Of a stretch of DNA of 64,000 nt, positions 14,615-26,400 are shown piece after piece. The notes beneath the pieces are model-generated. The model was given only the letters and a program-made list of their open reading frames with translations, was not told where the DNA came from and searched no databases. The stretch spans positions 34,906,001-34,970,000 of the forward strand of contig OZ260663.1 in the NCBI GenBank assembly GCA_965285935.1, given 5' to 3'. The stretch comes from Ophelia neglecta (Eukaryota). The first letter of the stretch is position 1. The number at the start of each line of letters is the position of its first letter. A program made the translations under genes and the position numbers.

Positions 14615-14795
14615 TTATGAAAGCTGCCTTAAAAACCACCTCAACATTCAGACTACATGTCAATTCAGACCACACATCTGAAGACCATACTGTATACTTT
14701 AAATGTAAAATAACCTGTCTAAGCCCACCACCTCTATTTTCAGACCAATTTTTTTCAGTCCCTTGGGTGGTCTCAATTTACAGGTTTCACTTTTA
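14615..14795 (-). mobile_element. MITE family A copy (reverse orientation)
   Basis: Reverse complement of the 30543-30723 element: CTGCCTTAAAAACCACC...TAACCTGTCTAA...CAGTCCCTTGGGTGGTCTC..CAGGTTTCAC. Confidence 0.6.
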
Positions 14796-16291
14796 TATAT
14801 ATTTGTTCCGTTGCTACAAGGCCCACAGTATGCGTAGTTCTTGGTGTTTGTATAACTATCGTGTATTTGCGAAAACGAAATTATTACCACGTTTTGTACT
14901 GTCAATAGTTGTGATCGGGTAGTGAAACAAAATCGAACAAAGTTTGCCTATATACGTATATCCACACTCTTAAAATAACCCGTTCCTTTAAAGTAAACAA
15001 TTCCTCCTCTAATTACACTAATTGTCAGCATGGTTTTTTGCCAAATTGAAATGTCATGTTGGCATTTGAACATCATGTTAGTTTCAAGAGAACTGTATAT
15101 GAAGCAGACTAAGGTGGCACAAACTAGACGATGAAGAATGACGATGAAAATGGAAGTTGCAATTTGAACAGGCAACAGGTGCTTAATAATATATACGGGC
15201 AGTGTGTAAGAATAGGCAACACTTCACAGAAAATAGGGCTATAAAGTGTATGTAAACTTCTTCCATCGAGGCCGTTGGAAAAATGACAACGACACGGCGG
15301 TGTCGTCTGCTGTCCCGAAATAGACCGCCATTATTGCCGTTAACAGCTTAGTCATCTTCCGCACTCCTCTTCTGATTGGTGGAGACATGGCGGTGCCATG
15401 TAATGGCGAGTGAGGTGTGACGCTATAGGTGACACGCGGAGCGATATATTAGGTTTGGGCCTCCCTTTACGGTTTCCTGCGAACGAGGTGTGAGCCAGTG
15501 CATAACGGCGTCGCAAATAGGTCCCCGATGGACAACAATAGTCGCCGCAGGACTTGCAGCAAATGCCACATAAATGTCATTGGCCTGTCCGCTGTATTCA
15601 TCCGCTGATGTTACGCAGTATACACGCCGGACAAAGAGTCCCCGCGGAACGGCAAATCAGGGAGGCGTGCAATGAAGTTGTGAAGAGCAGGAGAGCGCAA
15701 AACAGGGCGGGAGCAGTGATACATTAGCCTCTCAGTGGCCACGGGGGAGAGATCAGGCCGTGGCAATCTCTCCTTGCCTCTGACAGGTCGGTACCGATCG
15801 AGTGATGGACTACTGATGTTCTCAGGTAGAAACCCGTCCTGCCCACCGGGTGTACCGCACTCCACCAGCAGACGAGTAATGATCGCCATCAACCAACACG
15901 CCTTGTCGCATTCATCTTGCACGCATACAGAAAACGTAATTTTGGCGCGTGGTTGGAGGTGAGATAATTGTCGGCTGCCCCAGATTGTTTACAGCTTTGA
16001 TATTTAGAATGGCGGGTTAATGCTTAGTTCCCCCCTCGCCTTTCTCATTATACTGACCCTGGACGCGTATTTATTTTTTGTCAATTAGTCTACTTAATTT
16101 ATCGCTTGAATGGGAATACTAAATTATAATATAGGGCTCCTGAAAGTACTGAGTTAAATATATGATAGCAGTCCAATTTTCGTTGAATATAATATACTTT
16201 CAAAGTGCTCTTGTCCAGATCAGTGAGCATTTCGGTGATAAATTGCGGTTGATGGTTGGCAGGAGAACTCTAGAAACTGAAAGAAGGTGAA

Positions 16292-16762
16292 ACGGTCGGT
16301 ATCCTGACATATAGGTCTAAGACACTCTGGTCCCGGACACCAGGTCTCGGGCAAAATCAAAAATTTGTCAAATATTAGATGAAATTACCCATTCAACAAA
16401 AGAGAAGTTAAAGATACATGTACCTGTTTTTTTTTTACTTTTAACCCCCCTTTTAGATGTACTGTTGTATATGCCTATATGTTTTAACAAATTAAGGGCC
16501 ATAATTACATATCTTAATACAAACCCTGCAGTCTATATTCCTATTAGATTGTTTGCATATAAGTTAAAACCCTAAACTTATGTTTACTAAAGTCATAAAC
16601 AATCACAATTGTTGAGCTCTCTCTCTTAACTTTAATACCAATATTTTGTTTTCGCTACCGGAAGCTTTTCCATTTATGACCATTATATCCGGGGCCATTA
16701 TGTCCGGGAACATTATGTCCGGGACCATTATGTCCGGGACCTTTTGTCCCGCAGTAAAACCG
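16292..16762. mobile_element. Putative MITE with inverted subterminal ~15-bp tandem arrays
   Basis: The right arm 16681-16750 has 4-5 copies of CATTATGTCCGGGAC. The left arm ~16300-16356 has degenerate reverse-complement copies (GGTCCCGGACA). The ends read ACGGT and ACCGT, with an AT-rich interior. Confidence 0.5.
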
Positions 16763-19700
16763 TCAAGCATATTTTCATTGGCCGTCCATCGCGGTTTATA
16801 TTCTTCACAGATGTTCGTTTTTTCATGTCTTTTAAAATGTGTGATGATTGTTGCGAGCCTGCATCACACGTGGTTAGCAACGGGCCTGAACCAGTTTTCT
16901 ATTGGTCGGCATTTTATTCAATCAGACACTTCTGAATGTCCAAGATAGTTCCAGACGAGTTACTACCCAATAAGGCATTGGGTTTTGTATACTAGGCCCA
17001 ACAAACATGAAACTATCTCCTGAGAGTATTCTCATTCGTTAACAACCAGACTACAGTACAGACAAGGAAACAAAGGCGACGCGAAATTAAACAATTGCCC
17101 CCACGTGAAAGCCAGAAAAAGATTAGAAATTGGTATATTTATGACATCACATTTATCGATAACATGATTAGATCCGTACAAATAAAGTTGCTTAAATGGT
17201 CTAGCAAGACCAGAAGTTTTGTTTCTGCACGGGTGCACACGCTTAAGGGATGTTGTTATTACTCCTGCAAAGCACATCCATTACCAAACTGCCAACGTTT
17301 TACACCCAAAGCCATCAAAGTGCAATTTTACCAAAATAGTTATGGCATCATTTGAATAATACCCGTGGTATTTATAAAACGCCAGGCTAATAAAAAGAGC
17401 ATTACGGTAAATTGGACCCTAGAGACGCTGATCGGTGGCTGGTGACGTAAGGCAGGCGTGTGAATGTATGTCCCGGTGTCTCGTCCATCAACTCACCACA
17501 ACTCTCGTCTGTTACGCATACATGCTGTTTGTTACGACAAGTGCTTCGGCCAGCCATATAAATCTTGGATGGCATCTCATTTCCTCGCCCTATAGATTGT
17601 TTATGAATCGTTGCTGCGGAACAATGCCGACATAGCACTGCGGCAGTACTAACAAACTATGCTTGATCCTTTTTTATATATAGAGAAATACCACGTATTT
17701 CTTTGCATAATACAATAGAAGATAAAAGAAAGCATCTGAATAATTTGCATTTTAGATGATACTCCCCATTAGAATTTTAAATGCCATAACCCAGTAATTT
17801 ATATATATATATATATATCCATAATGCATCACATTATAAAATAAATGTGTGTAGATTAATTCTAACGCATATCACGCATACATAGGCCTATATCGAAGCA
17901 TGACGTAACGAAGACCATTTCCTTTTCACCATGTCTACCATTTCGTCCTTATAGTAGCGACTTGCGCATTCTAAAGGGCAAACTCTAACACGTATCTTCG
18001 TTAATAAAATTGCTTCGTGAAACCGGCATGCGCATTGACCATCTAGAACTATTGCCATACAATCTTTGTCCAAATGGCTAGCTTTATTCACAAAGGCCCA
18101 AAAAAGATTTAAGGCAAAATTCTAATGTTTCAATCTAATATTTGTAAACAGAAAAAAAAACACTCTTGATTTACATAATGAAAGTTGAAATGCAATTTTT
18201 TTGATAATCTATTTGAGGTTCCAATGTACTTTACAATGGGTAAGGGTAGAGCGACAGTGTGTATATACTTATAAAACGGCTACTCGCAGAAGGAATAACG
18301 ATAAGTTTAGACTTGTCATGCTTATTTGATGGTCACATGGCTAGTACAGAATGTATCGTTTTATCATCAAGTGACCATCATGAAATTTACATATGCCATG
18401 GGCCCTCACTGACAATATGATCATGGATCTCAGTGGATGCCGTGACTCATAACCCGGGCCCTTTGACCTAGGACATACATGACCACTGGGAGCAAGGCTG
18501 TGATTAAGGACCAGATATGTGCCGGATATTGTTGCGAAATTTCCAGCAATTTTAACATCGTCGCCAGTACTTTGTATCGGGCCTTTTGATTGGTCGGATG
18601 GGTCACTTTTTCGTATGGTCCAGATTTGGTCGAGGATCTTCGCCGGTATTAGGCCTCTTATCCACATGATGCAGGGAATGTAAACCAGAGCAGCTCTTAC
18701 TAGGGATAGATGCTCTGGTAGGCGAGAATGAGCAAACGGCCTCATAGCTTCCCTCTCCTTATTCAGTTGAATTATTGATATTTTTCTAGATGTTATGCTT
18801 TCAGGGTTAAACTAACTCGTCCTAACTCAGTGTGTTTGTCTGAATATGGAGACTCTAATTGGAATTTACAGACTTTCGTGGCCTTAGAATTGGCCTATTC
18901 CGATTTTATTCTATGTATCTGATCACAAGCAAAGCTACCATTAATAATGATACTTTCGCTATACAAGTATGGGCTAACAGTGTTCTTTATATTTAAGATT
19001 TGATGTAGAAGTTAAATAAATGCATATATCTCGGGATGGGTGCAATAACAGTTTAACGCAAAATGTCTAAACATCATTTTTCTCTTGAAAATTGATTAGA
19101 GTAGTGATCTACCACGTATTGTATAAAGATTTCGAAGCAAAATTTCACCTTAATCTAAAGTTATAAAATAAAAGAATATAAGATCTAACTAGAAACTTAA
19201 ATATGTTGGAACAATAAGGGTTTATCTCATTTTGTAGACCTTTGTTGCATAAAAATTGGATGTTACTATTGACATGGATAAAAATCTGGTCTCCATAAAA
19301 TCTTATGCACCGATGCAATATTTCAGTATTGTAACGCACAATGAACACTTACCAGACTGAAGAAAATCGACTATGCTTTATTGATAATGTTAAATTGTTA
19401 AATTGATTTTCTGAGTTAGACCTTTGTTATAGTAAGAAAGTGTCATGTTGATTGAGTTAGACCTTTAGCGCTACGTAATCTGTTTTGCTTCTTGAAAAAT
19501 GACTAAAAGTGAGTTAGACCTTTATTGCACACACCTCGATATACATGTTGCTTTGTGTTGTCTCTTTCCCAAATTAGAAATCTATTTCTTATATGATATA
19601 ATAGCTGTAGTTGTGATTACTAGGAGTCACTGTGAGATATGAAATATACATTTGCCAACCAGATGGGTACAATAGTGGCTTATCCCTGCTTCAAGACGAA

Positions 19701-22261
19701 TCAGATGATACAAAATATACAGTGTTTATTATAAATGAAGGAAGTTAACCTCCATCGTTCACATTGCTGAAGTCCCAAGGACCATATTAGTTGGACTGAA
19801 ACACATCTAGTAGGGTCGAAAATATACTGACTTCACAAAGGGTATAGGTGTGAAATGGTCGATATTCATAACGAGGCCCTGATTAGAAACGAAGAAAATT
19901 ATTTTAAGCATGGAAGATTTTTTTTTCTTGACACAACGTTTGAAGTATTTCATCTTTTTTCTTTACAGATCTTCCATGATATAACTTTCTTTTGGTTCAT
20001 CATGCTCTTCTCAAGGATATGGTTGCCCTGCTAATACCTGTAGAGGTGTGTGTCTGCCTGCTTTTTGCAAACCTGCCTGTAAATAACCCAAATAGCTCTT
20101 GATATGTTTAAATATAATATACTAATTGAGGGTTGTGACATCAGAGAGATGTTATGGAATTTATATGTTCAAACGGAAACTGTAGCAGACAATTAGATCA
20201 GATCCCATGTATTTATTACGGTTTCAAAGACACTGTCATGTCTCGATGTTACAAAGACACTGGCAAAAACTTCCATGAACATGATGTGAAGGTTTGTTTG
20301 GGGGACTATGGGGAGCAGCTGCAATAAATTGCTAGAATATTATGAGACAGAAATTGGACTCTTTGTCATTAACCTTAACGGAATGTTATACAGGTATGAA
20401 AGTATACCTATTAGTACTCCTCCTGGGATCAATCGATCTATATTATTCGTCAAAAGAAACAGCTTGAGTTCCATGGTAAATTGTAATTGTTTTAAGACAG
20501 TCTATACAAGCCTGTGGGGATGATTCCTCCTTTAGATGTGAATTTTAAAACATTAAGTGAAATTAATTAACTTATTAAATAGTTCTTAGACTTGCACATG
20601 TTCACACAAGCTTTCTCAATTCATTATCATTCGTCAATGAGGAAAAGAAATTTAAAATTTTATTTCGCAAATTAAAAATGTATCTAAACATCCCGCTGCT
20701 GAGATGATTCTCCATGTAGATGTGCATTTAAAACGGTTTTAGTAAAATGAATAAATTAGTTTATTTGTTCTAGTCCTGTATACTGATCACAATATATCTC
20801 TAAAATATATCAATGGCATAAACTCATTGTTGAGGCACCTATTGCCTGATCTTATTGCTTACTGAAATATTATTATTCTATTTAACACACAAGAAGTTTT
20901 ATGTCTTGGATTACGTCACGTTAAGTAAGACGTATTACCTCCGATGATAATGCATGTCTGACAACATATATAGAGTAATCAAGAGGCTTCAAACTTAGAG
21001 ACTAAAGAGAATATTTTAGTCACTAGATAGCATCAATCGTGTACAAATGTTTATTTAAAACAAACAAGCTACCATTTTGACAAAAATGCTCATCTGAGGC
21101 TTTAGTCATCAGAATGAAACGGCAGCCTCTCTCTGATAAACAAGTGTTAAGTAAGTTAAACGTAGTTGTATTGTATACAACTTTTTAAATGACACTGCAT
21201 GCTTTTGTTTAATTCTTATTACTCATACTTAAATTGAGGCAATTTTCAGAAGAAATTGATTCTGCTTAAATGTAGTAAAATAGAAAGTTGCTTGATATTT
21301 GTGTAGCTTATTTGCTATCAAATCTCCTGAAAACCTGTTGTAAGCCATGCCTCCGTCTCCCCTCCTCCTTCAAGCAGCTAAGTAAAAAGGTCAAATAATG
21401 ATAAAAAATAAAAATAGTTAATGTCAACTTATGTACGAGTCCAGATGGAAGAAAACCAAAATGAGAGTAAATCACCATTGAAATGTATGAGGGACATGTG
21501 AATGTCTTCTAAATATATATAGAGGTAAAAGATTTAAGATAGTTTTAAAAGCTGATTATGTTGATTTGATATTTGTTGGTGCTGCAGTGAGTTACTGATT
21601 AACTGGTTTTAATGTTGCATCTAATTCGTTAATAGAAACCGCGTTTTATTAATAATGACGTAAAGCAGTATTATATTTATCTCAAAGAGTGTCAAGTCTG
21701 ATTGTTTTTAATTTGACTGAAGCAGACGAATCACAGATAAGAAATATGTTGCAATCTTTAAAGCCTTAAAGGGCTCAAGGGCTTATTGATGCTATTCTGT
21801 TATTTATATGCTCAACGTACCTGTTGAATATTTACTGTTCCTCATACTTATAACTAGGGTAATGTAACCTTTCTTACAGTGAAAATGTGTAATGTTATGT
21901 GGTTCTTAAGCGGACAGTATGAGTATAAAGTGTGGCGTCCCGCATTGTCAATTTTAGGACCCCCATTTTTTCTAGAGTGTCGAAGAATTGCCAAATACGG
22001 TTACGTGTACAATAATGTTACATGCAGAAGACTGGTCTCTTATTATATCTGGTAAATTTGTACGTTTTATGAAGGAAAACCAAGTTTAATCGCTGAGTAA
22101 TAGGCCCTAGTATATCAATTGGCTCTGCATCTGGGTGCAACAGAATATATACGTTTTGCTATGAATCGAAAGCTGATAAGGTTTGATGACTAACATTTCA
22201 TTTCTATATTTTCTGAGTGTCGTGATACGAAAACGAAGAAAAAACATCACAAAATGGGTTA

Positions 22262-22267
22262 TTTATT
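22262..22267 (-). terminator. Candidate polyadenylation signal (AATAAA) of the receptor gene
   Basis: AATAAA lies ~610 nt after the stop codon and is followed on the minus strand by a GT/T-rich tract (TTTTGTGATGTTTTTTCTTCGTTTT). A second AATAAA lies at 22472-22477. Confidence 0.45.
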
Positions 22268-22875
22268 GACACAACACTTATCTATTTCATATAGGGGTTA
22301 TCATAACTAAGCGGTTTTCAATCGTCTAGTTTGATAAAGCGGATTGTGAAAAAAATAACGGCCAATCTATGTCGAAAAACACTGGCGATTACACGTTTAC
22401 AGTTTACGAATAGAACAGGCACAGGGTAAGTATCATTCATTGAAAGTTACTATATTTCAAATTATGTAGCTTTTATTTGTAATAATTAATTGGGCTAGGT
22501 TAGCTTGAGGTTGACACAGATTTAGAGTGCTCGGTACTGCACAAACAGTTCGGTGAGTCAAAAGTAGCACGCTTTCTTCACACACAAACTTTTCGTTGGA
22601 CATATATTGTTAGACATCTTATTGGCATATCGTTTATATACACCTTGTACTAAACACGTTACTCAAATTGAAATCCAAATGCCTAATTCATCCAACGTGC
22701 ACCCCCTGCTACTATATTTAGTATGGTAAGGTTGTCTTGGGGGGTAACTTCTGTTTCGGTGTCCGTTTTCGCTGTAAACCAAACATCCCGATGGTTATTA
22801 TTGCATGTACACAAAGGGTATAGCACGCACAACGCACATAATAATCCTATATAATGGTTTACTACATGTTCACAA

Positions 22876-23452
22876 TCATGTGTAATGATTTTCAGCTCTT
22901 GATCTGGGTTGTTCAGGGGGTGAGTCAGGCACCCGAGTGTAACCAGATGTTTTCACAAAACGACACCTGTCCTCTTCGTCGGTGTCATCTGATAAAAGAT
23001 CTGGTGGGGCCTCCACCGGAACGTGAACGTGACATGGTCCGTGCGCATGTGCATGGACATGCGCGTGAGTATCCTTTTGTGGTAGCGTCCGGCAGGAGTT
23101 AGTCTGATCTTGAAGATTTCGGTGATCAAATTCATGATAAAAAGGTACAACTTTAGTGCCGTTTTCATCACACAAAGGACTTTCATAGACGTGATTTTTA
23201 TTGTGGAAACACACTGCCGGCTCACCCGAATTCATTGTGATTTGTCGCTGGTATGTTTGATAGGCTGAGTCTGGGGATATTGCTGTCAGGGAGGGGTTAC
23301 GACCTTGACTTTGCACCTCCCAGACATGAGTGAATCCACAGCCATCTTTAAGCCGATGAACCTTACATTTCTGCATGGTCATTGTATCCCCGGGAGCTGG
23401 GCCCTGCAAGACAGCCTCCTGCTGTCGACGACGCTTCTGTCGGTCTCCTTGT
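22876..23452 (-). CDS. Coding exon 7 (last): cytoplasmic tail
   Basis: Acceptor TATTTTAG is phase 2, matching exon 6 (CG+A = Arg). It continues as QGDRQKRRRQQE...ENHYT* and lies within the 198-aa ORF 22876..23472. Confidence 0.88.
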
Positions 23453-26400
23453 CTAAAATAAAAGCAACACAAAGGAATTTAAAATTAAGAGTTTTAAGCC
23501 ATTAACCATTAACGAGAATTGTGCATTCAACTATAATGATCAACAAACAATTTTTAGCTTAATACATGGCAATTACATCTCCAAATTAGTGTAAACGAGG
23601 GATTAAGATGTGTTTTGTTGACATGCTTATGGCGATTAGTAAATTCTAAGGTTTATTTGCAGCGTATATTGGGATAAAAATTTAAATCCAAATGGTCGAG
23701 TACAGACATATTGACATAGATTCACAACGATGTTGAATTTTGTTGCTTCAGGTACGTATCAATAATCATTAGAATGCCAAGAAACACTTCAAAAAGATCT
23801 ATGATATATACCCGTTCTTTAACTTATATAAGATTAATAACTGATTAGTCATTTATGGAAAGCAAATCCGGGCGGATCAAGAATACTACTAAAAGACTTG
23901 CCAGCAGTCAATATGAGAATGGAAAATAAAGGGTTCAGATTCATCTCATGTTTGTGTGTGCTTAAATTGAAAACTGTAATTTCCCATTTTTATCGCGTGT
24001 TACGCTTGATGCCCGTGGGAGTGGTGTATCTGATACTGTTTGACGTAAGATAAGCAGTATAGGTACTGGCATTGCTGTGTATAATTCAGCTGGTAAGATA
24101 CCATAACAAAGCCAATAATGCGAAACAAGTGAATATACACCTTAAATAAGTGCACATATACTAGATACACTTTGTTATAATAAATGCATACATACCATAC
24201 ATATTTATTGTTATAATAATATTCTGATTTTGTCGGTTGTTATTTTGTACATTCACATTTAATACATTGTGATTTGACAGATGGGGCAAGAAGCAACTAT
24301 ATTTTTATTGGCCCCTAACCCTACAAGGTTGCATATTGGTAAATTCGCTAGAGATTATTTATAGACAAACCCACAAGAAAATCCCCAGTGAATTGTGCCG
24401 AACACACACAAACACATACAACAAAAATTAAAAAATTAAAAATAGTAAAACATACCCAATTGTGCATTTCCCGTCAACGGTTGAAATTATTTACGAAACA
24501 AAGAATACAACGAGTCCGAAACGCATATTTTTTTTAATTATTACAGCGATTAATTTTGTACTTATTTCCTTGTTTAACCTTTATGCTTGTGCAGTTGGAG
24601 ACTCACCCCCACTCCTACTCCCATGGCCCCATTTTTCACAGTAATAGAGAAGTAGTTTGTGAGTAGTTTGCATAGTAATTGAGTGTCTTACCGTCTACAC
24701 CAGAGTACGGTGCCAAGCATTGTAAATCCACAGCACACACCTATAACCACGCCTATCCCGACCGCTATGAATAAACCTAGAGACAATTATGAATTTAATA
24801 ACATATATGGTAAGTGAACCCCGATTGAAGTTCTTGGACATCCGTTGATACTACTGTCTGTTATACGAAATAATATTAAGTCGATTCCCAGGTCAGTTTT
24901 TATCATACTTATTACCCATTGTCGGAGAGAGTTAGTAGTTTACCATAAGAAGGTAGCGTTTGTCCTTCATTTGCTTTAGTCGGGGTTCTAATAGCTTCTG
25001 AAAAAAATCGTAAAAACTGTTTATAGTCGGTAATTATCTTATTAGCTTGTTTTCAAAAGAACACACGACATGTCACATATACCGCTAATGTCAGAAATTA
25101 AAAGTAGTTGATTGAAAGAAGTGTATATATAATAGATGTGGACCTTACCCGGAGAGCATTGCTGCGCGTCGCCTATCCAAGTAGTATGTTTACAGACGAG
25201 ATGCCAGGCCTGAGAGGTCTGGTTACACGAGACAGTGGCTTTGTCTCCGTCTCTGACAACGAACGCTCCCGCCGGAGGCACCAGGTCGGGACAACCAACA
25301 GCTGTAAACACAAGCAAACGGGCTAGAGGCTGTCACTGATCTAGGGTTGTTACATTTGAGAAAGTTACATTTGAGAAATGAGGGCTTGGGGCGGATGAGG
25401 TTTTTCCCGCGCATTAATTAATAGCGCTCCATTATTCTGATCATGCCCCCCCCCTCCCTCGGCTCCATGATTAATTCCAAACAATGCTAGATATTTAAAG
25501 TTAGCGTGGCCACGCAACAATGGGATCTGATGCATAATCTGTTCTGATGCCACTTTCAGCTGGCTGGCATAATAACCTCATAAGAACAGATTAGTTTAAA
25601 AATTGGCTGGCTGCTATCACATCATTTCCTATATAGACTACTTCATGGGGTCTTCTATTCCTCTCTGTGGTGGACACCAGGGGGTGGACACCCTTGAATT
25701 GACCCAATATGCGGCAGTAAATATACTGCATATGCTGCTCGGGAGCAGCTAAACATGTGACCGGGTACTCATAGATCTGTCAGCTCGCATGGACATACGA
25801 ACACTTTTTCATTCCAATGATGTTTTAAACTCATACGCGAGTGTTAATTCGCAGATTTCTTCTAACGACTTTTGACTAAACTGACCGGGTCGTTTGGGGC
25901 ACTGAATTGGGTTACCCACATATTTCAATGTTTTGAACTTCCACAATATCGCTCTGTTCTTCACTGCTTTACGTTCTGCACACGCCTTCACACCGTAAAT
26001 CATATACTGTAGCTCGCGCTCTATTCAACTATATATACTATTACGATGATAATACACATTCAAGGCCCCGCAGCCATCGATTTATTTACATGGGAAGATT
26101 GTTATGTTTTTTCCCCTTTAGACGCTAACAATAATTCGCATGGCCGCTATAGCCCAATTCATCATTAGGAATTACTCAATGATAAAGTGTGCTCGAGTTC
26201 GCCAATGATGAATTGTGCTCAAGCGTACTCACGAAATGCCGCAGGTGATGGAGAGCTTGCGTTCTGTATATAAATAACTAGACGGGAGAAATCCATTACA
26301 TCTGAAACGAACTAATCTTACTTTAAATTTTTCACTTGGTTTCTAAAATGCTCTTCTATCAAATGGCTACAACAAAAGCAGTGAATCTGGTTACGAGTTC

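Noticed and set aside
18430-18500. tRNA-like head on the minus strand (GGGCCCGGGTTATGAGTCACGG)
   Set aside because: No cloverleaf and a degenerate B box; at most a decayed SINE, so not called.
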